Of a stretch of 47,947 bases of DNA, positions 18,185 to 28,243 are shown piece by piece. The position numbers and the translations under genes were made by a program. Every line of letters begins with the position of its first letter. Within the stretch, counting starts at the first letter, position 1. The stretch is taken from the NCBI GenBank assembly GCA_052087725.1, contig JBQGNO010000002.1, positions 1 to 47,947 of the forward strand, given 5' to 3'. The notes beneath the pieces were generated by a model that worked only from the letters and a program-made list of their open reading frames with translations, ran no database searches and was not told where the DNA came from. Source of the stretch: Janibacter sp. Its GTDB lineage: Bacteria > Actinomycetota > Actinomycetes > Actinomycetales > Dermatophilaceae.

Positions 18185-18253
18185 AGTCCTGACAGGCATA
18201 CGTCAGTATGTCCTGACAAACCATTGACAGGCATCCCGGCCGTGGGGAAGAGT
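18185..18253 (+). promoter_or_regulatory. iol promoter with a putative GntR operator
   Basis: TATGTCCTGACAAACC at 18207-18222, partial copy AGTCCTGACA at 18185-18194, and TTGACA at 18224-18229. Confidence 0.7.
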
Positions 18254-18298
18254 GACCCGGAACACGCAGCAGCACTCACGTGAAGGAGGTCCGTCCGG

Positions 18299-19321
18299 AT
18301 GCGGATCGGACTCGTCGGGCTCGGTCGGATCGGCGCCTTCCACGCCGAGACGCTCAGTGCCCTCCCGGCGCTCGACACGCTCGTCATCACCGATGCCCGC
18401 GCGGGCATTGCCGACGAGGTGGCCGAGCAGCTGCGCACCCTCCGGCCGGAGTCCCGGGTGGAGGTCGTCGGCCCCGACGAGCTGCTGTCGAGCGCCCTCG
18501 ACGGGCTCGTCATCGCCACCGCGACCCAGGGGCACGCCGAGTGGATCCGCCGGGGGCTGGCCGCCGGGGTGGCGACCTTCTGCGAGAAGCCGGTCGCCGG
18601 CGACCTCCAGGAGACCATCGAGCTCGCCCGGCTCGAGGCCGCGAGCAGCACCCCCGTGCACATCGGCCACCAGCGCCGCTTCGACGCCGGATTCCGTCGC
18701 GCCCGGGAGGCCGTCGCGTCGGGCGAGCTCGGCTTCGTGCACACGATCCGTGCCAACACCCATGACCAGGCCCCACCGCCCGCGGAGTTCATCCCGACCT
18801 CCGGTGGGATCTTCCGCGACTGCGGGGTGCACGACTTCGACGCGATCCGCTTCGTCACCGGTCGCGAGGTCGCCTCCGTCTACGCCGTCGGCGCCAACAA
18901 GGGCGCCGACTACTTCACCGAGGCCGGCGATGTCGACACGGGTGCCGCCGTGCTCACCCTCGACGACGACACCCTCGTGCTCATGTCGACGACGCGCTAC
19001 AACGGCGGCGGTCATGACGTGCGTATGGAGGTCATGGGGGAGTCGGGCACCATCACCGCCGGGCTCGATCACTCGCTCGCCATGCACAGCGCCGAGCCGG
19101 ACGTGGACTTCCCCCGCGGCCCGCAGGCGTGGTCCTTCATGGAGCGCTTCCTCCCCGCCTACCAGGCCGAGCTCACCGCCTTCTTCGAGGTGGTGGCCGG
19201 CCTCGCCGCGAGCCCCTGCACCATCGCCGACGCCCTCGAGGCATTCCGCACCGCCGAGGCGTGCGAGCTCTCCCGCGCCGAGCGCCGCCCCGTCTCCCTC
19301 ACCGAGATCAAAGGATCCTGA
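18299..19321 (+). CDS. Gfo/Idh/MocA oxidoreductase (inositol dehydrogenase)
   Basis: GLGRIG, CEKP, RRFD, SGGIFRDCGVHDFD and FMERF motifs. Confidence 0.9.
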   Translation: MRIGLVGLGRIGAFHAETLSALPALDTLVITDARAGIADEVAEQLRTLRPESRVEVVGPDELLSSALDGLVIATATQGHAEWIRRGLAAGVATFCEKPVAGDLQETIELARLEAASSTPVHIGHQRRFDAGFRRAREAVASGELGFVHTIRANTHDQAPPPAEFIPTSGGIFRDCGVHDFDAIRFVTGREVASVYAVGANKGADYFTEAGDVDTGAAVLTLDDDTLVLMSTTRYNGGGHDVRMEVMGESGTITAGLDHSLAMHSAEPDVDFPRGPQAWSFMERFLPAYQAELTAFFEVVAGLAASPCTIADALEAFRTAEACELSRAERRPVSLTEIKGS

Positions 19322-19323
19322 TC

Positions 19324-20388
19324 ATGACCGACGCCCCGCGCGAGCGCACCCCGCTCACCGACCGCATCGCCGCGGCCCCGATCTCCTGGGGCGTCTGCGA
19401 GGTTCCGGGCTGGGGCTGGCAGCACCAACCGCCGACCGTCCTCACCCAGATGCGTGAGCTCGGCATCGCCGCGACGGAGTTCGGGCCCGACGGCTTCCTC
19501 CCGGACTCGCCGCAGGGCAAGGCGGACACGCTCGCCGAGTACGACCTCGCCGCCGTCGGCCAGTTCGTCCCCGTCGTCCTCCACGACCCGCAGGTCGACC
19601 CCCTTCCCACCGTCGAGGCCGCGATGGCCGGGCTCGTCGCCGCGAACGCCTCGACCGTCGTCCTCGCCGCGGCCACCGGCGCGGAGGGCTACGACGCCCG
19701 GCCCGAGCTCGACGAGACCGGCTGGGCGACGCTGCTCGGCAACCTCGACCGGATCAGCGATGCCGCCGCTGAGCACTCCCTCACCGCCACGCTTCACCCG
19801 CACGTCGGCACGATGATCGAGTCCGGCGAGGAGACCGATCGGGTCCTCGCCGGGTCGCGGATCGGGCTGTGCCTCGACACCGGGCACCTGCTCATCGGGG
19901 GCGGTGACCCGGTGAAGGTCGCCGTCGAGCACCCGGACCGGATCGCCCACATGCACCTCAAGGACGTCGACATCGCCTGGGCCCGCAAGGTCCAGGACGG
20001 TGCGGCGGTATACACCGACGCGGTGGCCGCGGGGATGTACGTCGCGCTCGGCGAGGGCGATGTCGACATCACGGCCATCGTCACCTCGCTCGAGGAGGCC
20101 GGCTACGACGGCTGGTACGTCCTCGAGCAGGACACGATCCTCGCGGGCGACCCTGCGGACCCCGCCACGACGAAGGGGGCCGGTGACCCCGTCGCCGACG
20201 TGCGGACCTCGGTGGCTCACCTGACCGAGATCGCGGATGGGGTGGCTTCGAGGCTCGCTGGCGCTCGCACCTCAACCACCGACGGGTCGGGCGCTCGCAC
20301 CTCAACCACCGACGGGTCGGGCGCTCGCAGCTCGCTTCGAGGCTCGTCGCAGAGCTCCTCGCACCTCAACGAGCGTGGGGGTGCCTGA
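19324..20388 (+). CDS. iolE: 2-keto-myo-inositol (inosose) dehydratase, AP-endonuclease-2 barrel, with a repeat-derived C-terminal tail
   Basis: APISWGVCE, HPHVGT, CLDTGH, HMHLKD and WYVLEQD motifs; operon context. Confidence 0.85.
   Translation: MTDAPRERTPLTDRIAAAPISWGVCEVPGWGWQHQPPTVLTQMRELGIAATEFGPDGFLPDSPQGKADTLAEYDLAAVGQFVPVVLHDPQVDPLPTVEAAMAGLVAANASTVVLAAATGAEGYDARPELDETGWATLLGNLDRISDAAAEHSLTATLHPHVGTMIESGEETDRVLAGSRIGLCLDTGHLLIGGGDPVKVAVEHPDRIAHMHLKDVDIAWARKVQDGAAVYTDAVAAGMYVALGEGDVDITAIVTSLEEAGYDGWYVLEQDTILAGDPADPATTKGAGDPVADVRTSVAHLTEIADGVASRLAGARTSTTDGSGARTSTTDGSGARSSLRGSSQSSSHLNERGGA
20242..20375 (+). repeat. REP-like cluster with an internal 30-bp tandem duplication, inside the 3' end of iolE
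   Basis: GTGGCTTCGAGGCTCG...GCACCTCAACCACC; 20261-20290 is identical to 20291-20320; a further copy lies at 20335-20375. Confidence 0.85.
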
Positions 20389-20389
20389 G

Positions 20390-21352
20390 ATGTATGACGT
20401 CGTGACGATGGGCCGGACGGGGGTCGACATCTATCCCCTGGACCACGGGGTGCCGCTGGAGGAGGTGCGGACCTTCGAGAAGTTCCTCGGAGGGTCGGCG
20501 ACCAATGTCGCCGTCGCCGCGGCCCGGCACGGCCGATCGGCTGCGTTGGTGACCAAGACGGGGGACGACGCCTTCGGTCGCTACGTGCGGGCCGAGGCCG
20601 AGCGGCTCGGTGTCGCAGGCGAATTCATCACCCCCATCGACGGAGACGGTCCGCCCACCCCGGTGACCTTCTGCGAGGTCCATCCGCCGGACGACTTCCC
20701 GCTGTACTTCTACCGCTACCCGACCGCGCCGGACCTCATGCTCACCGATGCAGACCTCCCGCTGGAGGAGATCCGCTGGACCCGTGTCTTCTGGGCGACG
20801 GTGACCGGGCTGTGCCAGGAGCCGTCGCGCGCCGCGCACCACACCGCCTGGCAGGCCCGCGGCCGACGCGAGCACACCGTGCTCGACCTCGACTACCGAC
20901 CGATGTTCTGGGCCGACCCGAGCGAGGCCTCGAGCGAGGTCTCGCGCGCCCTGGAGCGCGTGTCCATCGCCGTGGGCAACCGTGAGGAGTGCGAGGTCGC
21001 CGTCGGCGAGACCGATCCGCACCGCGCCGCCGACGCCCTGCTCGAGCGCGGACTCGAGCTGGCGATCGTCAAGCAGGGACCCAGGGGCGTGCTCGCCGCG
21101 ACCGCGGACGAGCGCGTCGAGGTCCCGCCCTACACCGTCGAGGTCGTCAACGGCCTCGGCGCCGGGGATGCCTTCGGCGGTGCGCTCGTCCACGGCCTGC
21201 TCGAGGGCTGGGGCCTGCGCCGCATCCTCGAGTTCGCCAATGTCGCCGGGGCGCTCGTCGCCGCGCGGCTCGAGTGCAGCACCGCGATGCCGACCCCCGA
21301 CGAGGTCGAGGCCGGCCTCGCCGAGTGGGCGACGAAGGGGGCACCGGCGTGA
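20390..21352 (+). CDS. iolC: 5-dehydro-2-deoxygluconokinase
   Basis: MGRTGVDIYP, FLGGSATNVAVAAAR, DLDYRP and PfkB GLGAGDAF motifs. Confidence 0.95.
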   Translation: MYDVVTMGRTGVDIYPLDHGVPLEEVRTFEKFLGGSATNVAVAAARHGRSAALVTKTGDDAFGRYVRAEAERLGVAGEFITPIDGDGPPTPVTFCEVHPPDDFPLYFYRYPTAPDLMLTDADLPLEEIRWTRVFWATVTGLCQEPSRAAHHTAWQARGRREHTVLDLDYRPMFWADPSEASSEVSRALERVSIAVGNREECEVAVGETDPHRAADALLERGLELAIVKQGPRGVLAATADERVEVPPYTVEVVNGLGAGDAFGGALVHGLLEGWGLRRILEFANVAGALVAARLECSTAMPTPDEVEAGLAEWATKGAPA

Positions 21353-22299
21353 GCACCACGGACAGCACCGCCCGGACCGCGTCGGAGGACCTCAAGGACA
21401 TCCGGTGCTCCTCTACCGGTGTCGACATCGCCCGGCTCACCGCCCTTCGTGCCGGTGACCCGGGCGCGATCGCCCGGGGCTGGGCGCGGCGCTCGCGCCG
21501 ACCGCTGCTGGCCCCCGACGGGCGGATGCTGCTCGTCGCCGCCGACCACCCCGCGCGTGGCGCGCTCGGGGTCCGCGGTGACGCCTTCGCGATGGGGTCG
21601 CGCTCCGACCTCCTCGAGCGGCTGGCGACAGCGCTCGCCCGGCCCGGGGTCGACGGGGTGCTCGGCACCCCCGACGTCCTCGACGACCTCCTCCTCATGG
21701 GTGCCCTCGAGGACAAGGTCGCCGTCGGGTCGATGAATCGCGGCGGCCTGCAGGGGTCGACCTTCGAGCTCGACGACCGCTTCACCGGCTACTCGGCGGC
21801 GGAGATCGTGCGCCGCGGCCTCGACGGCGGCAAGATGCTCACCCGCATCGCTCTCGAGGACCGCGCGACCGTGGCGACGCTCGAGGCCAGCGCTGCGGCG
21901 GTGACCGAGCTCGCCGACCACGAGGTGATGGCGATGGTCGAGCCCTTCTGGTCGACCCGTCGTGACGGCAAGGTCGTCAACCTCCTCGATCCCGACAGCA
22001 CGATCCGCTCGGTGGCCGTCGCCTCCGGCCTCGGTGCCAGCAGTGCCCACACCTGGCTGAAGCTCCCGGTCGTCGAGGAGCTCGAGCGCGTCATGGATGC
22101 CACGACGATGCCGACGCTGCTCCTCGGCGGTGACCCGAAGGGCGACCCCCGGGAGACCTACGCCTCCTGGGAGGGCGCGCTGACCCTGCCGCAGGTGCGC
22201 GGACTCGTCGTGGGCCGGGCCCTGCTCTACCCGCCGGACGGGGACGTCGCCACTGCCGTCGACATCGCCTCCGGCCTCGTCCACGGAGGTGCTCGATGA
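21349..22299 (+). CDS. Class I aldolase-like TIM barrel (Cgl0159-like, likely performs the IolJ step)
   Basis: AADHPARG, GSMNRGGL, WLKLP and GLVVGR motifs; lies between iolC and iolB. Confidence 0.8.
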   Translation: MSTTDSTARTASEDLKDIRCSSTGVDIARLTALRAGDPGAIARGWARRSRRPLLAPDGRMLLVAADHPARGALGVRGDAFAMGSRSDLLERLATALARPGVDGVLGTPDVLDDLLLMGALEDKVAVGSMNRGGLQGSTFELDDRFTGYSAAEIVRRGLDGGKMLTRIALEDRATVATLEASAAAVTELADHEVMAMVEPFWSTRRDGKVVNLLDPDSTIRSVAVASGLGASSAHTWLKLPVVEELERVMDATTMPTLLLGGDPKGDPRETYASWEGALTLPQVRGLVVGRALLYPPDGDVATAVDIASGLVHGGAR

Positions 22300-23303
22300 A
22301 CCACACCCCCCGCACCGGAGCGGACAACGACCGCTGGTTCCACCCCTTCGCGCCGACCGGGGAGGGCTGGGCCGTCGAGATCACCGACGCGATCGAGGGC
22401 TGGCAGCACACCTCCCTTCGCATCGCCGTCCTCGAGCCCGGCGCCTCGATCGGGCACGTGCTCACCGGCGAGGAGGCGGTCGTCGTGCCGCTCGTCGGTG
22501 GGTGCACCGTGCAGGTCGACGGGACCGACCACGTGCTGGAGGGGCGCAGCAGCGTCTTTGCCGGGCCGAGCGACACCCTCTACCTGCCGGCCGGCACCGA
22601 GCTGACGCTCACCGGCTCCGGTGATGCCCCGGCGCGGATCGCCCTGTGCGGAGCCCGGGTCGAGGACGGCAGCGGTGGCGGCCGCGAGATCATCCACGTC
22701 TCCGCGGACCTCGTGCCCGTCGAGCTGCGGGGGGCGGGGCAGTGCAGCCGCGAGGTCCGCGGCTTCGCGATGCCCGACACGCTGCCCGGCGCCGAGCAGA
22801 TCCTCGCCTGCGAGGTCATCACCCCCGCCGGGGGCTGGAGCTCGTACCCGCCGCACAAGCACGACAGCACTCGGCCGGGCGAGGAGAGCGAGCTCGAGGA
22901 GATCTATTACTTCGAGACCCGGGCCGTCGAGGACGCGGAGGCCGGCCGGGAGCCGCTGACGCGGGGGACCGACCGTGATGACGGCCGCCAGCCGGTGGGC
23001 TACCAGCAGGTCTACGGCAGCGAAGGGCGGGACATCGACGTCCTCGTCGAGGTCGCCACCGGCGACACCGTCCTCGTCCCCCACGGCTGGCACGGCCCGG
23101 CGATGGCCGCCCCGGACGCCGACCTCTACTACCTCAACGTCATGGCCGGCCCGGGCCCCGAGCGGGTCTGGCTGATCTGCGACGATCCCGCCCACGGCGA
23201 GATCCGCGCGTCGTGGACGGGTCAGGACATCAACCCGCGGCTGCCGATCGGCCCTTCGAGGCTCGCTGGCGCTCGCACCTCAGGGACCGGGAGCACGTCA
23301 TGA
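22296..23303 (+). CDS. iolB: 5-deoxy-glucuronate isomerase
   Basis: EVITPAGGWSSYPPHKHD, LEEIYYF and YYLNVMAGP motifs. Confidence 0.95.
   Translation: MNHTPRTGADNDRWFHPFAPTGEGWAVEITDAIEGWQHTSLRIAVLEPGASIGHVLTGEEAVVVPLVGGCTVQVDGTDHVLEGRSSVFAGPSDTLYLPAGTELTLTGSGDAPARIALCGARVEDGSGGGREIIHVSADLVPVELRGAGQCSREVRGFAMPDTLPGAEQILACEVITPAGGWSSYPPHKHDSTRPGEESELEEIYYFETRAVEDAEAGREPLTRGTDRDDGRQPVGYQQVYGSEGRDIDVLVEVATGDTVLVPHGWHGPAMAAPDADLYYLNVMAGPGPERVWLICDDPAHGEIRASWTGQDINPRLPIGPSRLAGARTSGTGSTS
23254..23290 (+). repeat. REP-like copy inside the 3' end of iolB
   Basis: CTTCGAGGCTCGCTGGCGCTCGCACCTCA, the same core as the copy at 20246. Confidence 0.75.
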
Positions 23304-25246
23304 GTACCGTCCGCCTGACCGTCGCCCAGGCGGTCATCCGATTCCTCGAGCACCAGTGGAGCGAGCGCGACGGGGAGCGCGAGCGGCTCTTCGCCGGGTG
23401 CCTGGGCATCTTCGGGCACGGCAATGTCGCCGGCATCGGACAGGCGCTCCTCCAACGAGAGCTCGCGGACCAGCCGGGCGCCTTCCCCTACGTGCTCGCC
23501 CGCAACGAGCAGGCCATGGTCCACACCGCCGTCGCCTACGCGAAGCAGCAGGACCGGCGCCGGACCTGGGCATGCACCGCGTCCGTCGGCCCGGGCAGCA
23601 CCAACATGCTCACCGGTGCCGCGCTCGCGACGATCAACCGTCTCCCCGTGCTGCTGCTCCCGAGCTCGATCTTCGCCACCCGGGCGGCCTCGCCCCTGCT
23701 GCAGGAGCTCGAGCAGCCGCACGGTGGTGACCTCACGGTCAACGATGCCTTCCGCCCGCTCTCGCGCTTCTACGACGAGGTCCGTCGCCCCGAGCAGCTG
23801 CCGAGCATCCTCCTCGCGGCGATGCGGGTCCTCACCGACCCCGCTGACACCGGGGCCGTGACGGTCTCGCTGCCCCAGGACGTGCAGGCCGAGGCCCACG
23901 ACTGGCCGGTCGAGCTCTTCGCCGAGCGCACCTGGCACATCGCGCGCCCACCCGCCGAGAGCGCACGCATCGAGCAGGCCGCCGAGATCATCCGCTCCGC
24001 GAAGCGCCCCATGGTCGTCGCCGGTGGCGGTGTCCACTACTCCGGCGCGGAGGAGGCGCTCGCGGCCCTCTGCGCAGCGACCGGCATCCCCGTCGGCGAG
24101 ACCCAGGCCGGCAAGGGCTCGCTCCTCCACGGCAACCCCCAGCTCATGGGGGCCATCGGGTCGACGGGGACCACCGCAGCCAACGTCCTTGCGGCGCAGG
24201 CGGATGTCGTCATCGGCATCGGAACGCGCTTCCAGGACTTCACGACCGCCTCGCGCACGGCCTTCGCCCACGAGGACGTGCGCTTCGTCAATCTCAACAT
24301 CGCCTCCGTCGACGCGGTGAAGCACTCCGGCCTCACCGTCGTCGGGGACGCGCGCGAGTCGATCACCGCGCTCACCACGGCCTTGGAGGGCTGGTCCGTC
24401 GACGCGGCCCAGCGCGCCGAGCAGGCGGACCTGTGGGAGCAGTGGGACGCGCAGGTCGAGGCGGCCCACCGCCCTTCGCCCGAGGTCACCGACGCCCTCG
24501 CTGACGGACTCCTCACCCAGGGCGAGGTGCTCGGCCTGGTCAACGAGTGCAGCGACCCGCGCGATGTCGTCCTGTGCGCCGCCGGCTCGATGCCCGGTGA
24601 CCTGCACAAGATGTGGCGCGTGCGCGACCGGCGGGCCTACCACGTGGAGTACGGCTACTCCTGCATGGGCTACGAGGTGCCTGCCTCGATCGGCATCCGG
24701 TGGGCGGACCCCACCCGGGACGTCTTCGCCATGGTCGGCGACGGCGGGTACCTCATGATGCCGACCGAGCTCGTCACCGCCGTCCAGGAGCGCACCAAGG
24801 TCATCATCGTCCTCGTGCAGAACCACGGCTTCCACTCCATCGGCTCGCTGTCGGAGTCGCTCGGGTCGCAGCGCTACGGCACCGCCTACCGGGAGCGCGA
24901 TGCCACCACCGGGCGCCTCGACGGCGACACCCTGCCGGTGGATCTCGCGGCCAATGCCCGCTCGCTCGGCGCCCGCGTCATCGAGGTCCACGACCGAGAG
25001 GAGCTCGCCGCAGCGATCCGGGAGGCGAAGGGGGCGTCGGCCGACGGCGGACCCGTCGTCATCCACGTCGAGACCGATCCGCACGTCTTCGCCCCGGACT
25101 CCGCCTCGTGGTGGGACGTCCCGGTGAGCGAGGTCAGCGATCTCGAGAGCACCCGGGCGGCGCGCGCGGAGTATGCGCGACACCGGACCCGGCAACGCGC
25201 CCACCTGACCCCGGCCGAGGACTTGAGCGGCCACACTCACAACTGA
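23300..25246 (+). CDS. iolD: THcHDO hydrolase (ThDP-dependent)
   Basis: RLTVAQA, GIFGHGNVAG, RNEQAM, HVEYGYSCMGYE, GDGGY and SWWDVPV motifs. Confidence 0.96.
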   Translation: MSTVRLTVAQAVIRFLEHQWSERDGERERLFAGCLGIFGHGNVAGIGQALLQRELADQPGAFPYVLARNEQAMVHTAVAYAKQQDRRRTWACTASVGPGSTNMLTGAALATINRLPVLLLPSSIFATRAASPLLQELEQPHGGDLTVNDAFRPLSRFYDEVRRPEQLPSILLAAMRVLTDPADTGAVTVSLPQDVQAEAHDWPVELFAERTWHIARPPAESARIEQAAEIIRSAKRPMVVAGGGVHYSGAEEALAALCAATGIPVGETQAGKGSLLHGNPQLMGAIGSTGTTAANVLAAQADVVIGIGTRFQDFTTASRTAFAHEDVRFVNLNIASVDAVKHSGLTVVGDARESITALTTALEGWSVDAAQRAEQADLWEQWDAQVEAAHRPSPEVTDALADGLLTQGEVLGLVNECSDPRDVVLCAAGSMPGDLHKMWRVRDRRAYHVEYGYSCMGYEVPASIGIRWADPTRDVFAMVGDGGYLMMPTELVTAVQERTKVIIVLVQNHGFHSIGSLSESLGSQRYGTAYRERDATTGRLDGDTLPVDLAANARSLGARVIEVHDREELAAAIREAKGASADGGPVVIHVETDPHVFAPDSASWWDVPVSEVSDLESTRAARAEYARHRTRQRAHLTPAEDLSGHTHN

Positions 25247-25317
25247 AAACCGATGCCCACCCGGGCCTCGTCCCTCGTTCCGCCGCATTGCAGCGGTGGC
25301 CGGAGAAAGGCAATGCC

Positions 25318-26289
25318 ATGTCACGTTTCACCCGCGCCAGTGCCGTCGCGACCTCGGCAGTAGCAGCGCTCGCCCTCGCGGCCTGCTCCTCCTCGGGGGG
25401 CAAGGAGACCGACACGGGAGGTGGGGGCTCGGCCGGCGGCGTCGACACCCCCGAGATGACCGTCTCCTTCATCACCCACGCCGAGCCCGGTGACACCTTC
25501 TGGGACCAGGTGCGTGCCGGAGCCGAGGACGCCGCGAAGAAGAACAACGTCAAGCTCGAGTACACCGCGGACCCCGCGGGCGCCCAGCAGGCCAACCTCG
25601 TGCAGCAGGCCGTCGACAAGAAGGTCGACGGGATCGCGGTCACCCTCGCCAAGCCGCAGGCGATGAAGGGCAATGTCGAGAAGGCCGTCGGCGCGGACAT
25701 CCCGGTCGTCGCCCTCAACGCCGGCATGAACGAGTGGAAGGACATGGGCGTCCTGTCCTTCTTCGGTCAGGACGATGAGCTCGCCGGCGAGGCCGCGGGC
25801 GAGCGCCTCAAGGAGGAGAAGGCGGGCAAGACGCTCTGCGTCATCCAGGAGCAGGGGCACGTCGGACTCGAGGCCCGCTGCAAGGGCGTGGCCAAGACCT
25901 TCGACAAGTCCGAGAAGATCTACGTCAAGGGCACCGACACGGCCAACGTCCAGTCGACGATCACCGCGAAGCTGCAGGAGGACAAGGACATCACCCACGT
26001 GCTGACGCTGGGCGCCCCCTTCGCCCTCATCGCGCAGAAGTCGGTCAACGAGGCCTCCAGCGACGCGAAGGTCGCCACCTTCGACCTCAATGACGAGGCC
26101 CTCCAGCAGATCAAGGACGGCAAGATCGTCTGGGCCGTCGACCAGCAGCCCTACGTCCAGGGCTACCAGGCCGTGGACGCGCTGTGGCTGCGCGCGAACA
26201 AGGGCGCCTCCGTCGGCGGCGGCCAGCCGAGTTTCACCGGTCCCGCCTTCGTCGACCAGAAGAACGTCGACCTGCTCCTCAAGGACTGA
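25318..26289 (+). CDS. Sugar (inositol) ABC transporter substrate-binding lipoprotein
   Basis: Lipobox LAAC; GDTFW and VDQQPYVQGY motifs. Confidence 0.92.
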   Translation: MSRFTRASAVATSAVAALALAACSSSGGKETDTGGGGSAGGVDTPEMTVSFITHAEPGDTFWDQVRAGAEDAAKKNNVKLEYTADPAGAQQANLVQQAVDKKVDGIAVTLAKPQAMKGNVEKAVGADIPVVALNAGMNEWKDMGVLSFFGQDDELAGEAAGERLKEEKAGKTLCVIQEQGHVGLEARCKGVAKTFDKSEKIYVKGTDTANVQSTITAKLQEDKDITHVLTLGAPFALIAQKSVNEASSDAKVATFDLNDEALQQIKDGKIVWAVDQQPYVQGYQAVDALWLRANKGASVGGGQPSFTGPAFVDQKNVDLLLKD

Positions 26290-26294
26290 TCACG

Positions 26295-27338
26295 ATGACT
26301 GCTGCCGCACCACCTGCCGCCGAGGCCGATGATCGGGTCGCGACGAGAGGGCCGATGGGGGTCCTCTTCGCCCGGCCGGAGGTCGGGGCCCTCATCGGGG
26401 CGCTCGCCGTCGCGGTGCTCTTCATCGCCGTGGCCCCGTCCTTCCGCAGCCTCGGCAACACCGGGACGATCCTCTACGAGGCCTCCGCGATCGGGGTCAT
26501 GGCCGTCGGGGTCTCGCTGCTCATGGTCGGCGGGGAGTTCGACCTCTCGACCGGTGTCGCGGCGACGGCCTCGGGGATCTGCGCGGCGCTCACCGCGTGG
26601 AACTTCGGGCTCAATGTCTGGGTCGGGGTGCTCGCCGCCCTGGTCTTCTCCCTGCTCGTGGGTGCCTTCAACGGATGGCTCCTCATGCGCACGGGGCTGC
26701 CGAGCTTCCTCGTGACACTCGGGACCTTTTTCGTCCTCCAGGGCGCCAACCTCGCGGTGACCCGGCTCGTCGGGGGGACGGTCTCGACCCCGACGATCTC
26801 CGACATGGCGGGCTTCGAGTCGGCACAGACGGTCTTCGCGTGGAGCGCGAAGGTCGGACCGGTGAACATCAAGGCGCTCGTCGTCTACTGGGTGATCATG
26901 GTGGTCATCGCGGCGCTGGTCCTGCAGAAGACCCGGATCGGCAACTGGATCTTCGCCGTCGGCGGCGATGCTGCCGCGGCCCGCGCCGTGGGCGTGCCCG
27001 TCAAGCGGGTGAAGATCGGTCTCTTCATGACCGTCGGCTTCTGCGCCTGGATGCTCGGCATGCACCTGCTCTTCTCCTACAAGGTCATGCAGTCCGGCGA
27101 GGGCGTCGGGCAGGAGTTCATCTACATCATCGCCGCGGTCGTCGGTGGGTGCCTGCTCACCGGTGGCTACGGCTCCGTGGTCGGCGCCGCCCTCGGCGCG
27201 CTGATCTTCGGCATGACCCGGATGGGGATCAACTACGCGGGCTGGAACGTCGACTGGTTCTTCACCTTCCTCGGCGTGATGCTCCTGCTCGCGACTCTCG
27301 TGAACCTCTACGTGAAGAAGAAGGCGGATGCACGATGA
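26295..27338 (+). CDS. Sugar ABC transporter permease (RbsC-like)
   Basis: GEFDLS, PSFLVTLG and IIAAVVGG motifs. Confidence 0.93.
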   Translation: MTAAAPPAAEADDRVATRGPMGVLFARPEVGALIGALAVAVLFIAVAPSFRSLGNTGTILYEASAIGVMAVGVSLLMVGGEFDLSTGVAATASGICAALTAWNFGLNVWVGVLAALVFSLLVGAFNGWLLMRTGLPSFLVTLGTFFVLQGANLAVTRLVGGTVSTPTISDMAGFESAQTVFAWSAKVGPVNIKALVVYWVIMVVIAALVLQKTRIGNWIFAVGGDAAAARAVGVPVKRVKIGLFMTVGFCAWMLGMHLLFSYKVMQSGEGVGQEFIYIIAAVVGGCLLTGGYGSVVGAALGALIFGMTRMGINYAGWNVDWFFTFLGVMLLLATLVNLYVKKKADAR

Positions 27339-28243
27339 GCACCGTGACCGAGCCCCGGCGGCGGGCCGCAGACATCGAGCCGCTCGTCGTCATGAAGGAC
27401 GTCGGGAAGTCCTACGGCAACATCCACGCCCTGAGCGGGGTGGACCTCGAGGTCTATCCCGGTGAGGTCACCTGTGTCCTCGGGGACAACGGTGCCGGCA
27501 AGTCGACGCTGATCAAGATCATGGCCGGCCTGCACGAGCACACCGCCGGCACCTTCGAGGTGAACGGCGTGCGGCGCAACCTCTCCTCACCACGCGCCGC
27601 GCAGGCCCTGGGCATCGCGACGGTCTACCAGGACCTCGCGCTCGCGCCGCTGATGTCCGTGTGGCGCAACTTCTTCATGGGCAACGAGGTCCGCAAGGGC
27701 CCCTTCCTCGACGCGAAGCGGATGAAGGTCGTCGCGGACGAGGAGCTGCAGAAGATGGGCATCCACATCGGGGACCTCGACCGCCCGGTCGGTGGCCTCT
27801 CCGGTGGGCAGAAGCAGTGCATCGCCATCGCCCGGGCGATCTACTTCGGTGCCAAGGTGATCATCCTCGACGAGCCGACCGCGGCCCTCGGCGTGAAGCA
27901 GTCCGGGGTCGTCCTGAAGTACATCGCCAAGGCACGCGACGCCGGGCTCGGGGTCGTCTTCATCACCCACAACCCGCACCACGCCTATCTCGTGGGCAAC
28001 CACTTCGCCATCCTCAAGCTCGGCCGGCTGACGCTCGACGCCCACCGCGACGAGCTGACGCTCGACCAGCTGACCGGGGAGATGGCCGGTGGTCAGGAGC
28101 TGGCGCAGCTGGAGCACGAGCTCACCGACGTCGAGCCCGGCAAGACCGTGGACCCCGACGACCCGGAGACCGAGCTCGCCGGGCCGGACAAGCCGACGGT
28201 CCGGGACGGAGGGGACGCGGACGCCGGCGAGGAGAAGCCATGA
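27335..28243 (+). CDS. Sugar ABC transporter ATP-binding protein
   Basis: GDNGAGKS, LSGGQ and ILDEPT motifs. Confidence 0.95.
   Translation: MSTVTEPRRRAADIEPLVVMKDVGKSYGNIHALSGVDLEVYPGEVTCVLGDNGAGKSTLIKIMAGLHEHTAGTFEVNGVRRNLSSPRAAQALGIATVYQDLALAPLMSVWRNFFMGNEVRKGPFLDAKRMKVVADEELQKMGIHIGDLDRPVGGLSGGQKQCIAIARAIYFGAKVIILDEPTAALGVKQSGVVLKYIAKARDAGLGVVFITHNPHHAYLVGNHFAILKLGRLTLDAHRDELTLDQLTGEMAGGQELAQLEHELTDVEPGKTVDPDDPETELAGPDKPTVRDGGDADAGEEKP

Noticed and set aside
20261-20329. Mini-CRISPR from the 30-bp repeats
   Set aside because: It is an exact tandem duplication of part of a REP-like unit, with no variable spacers.
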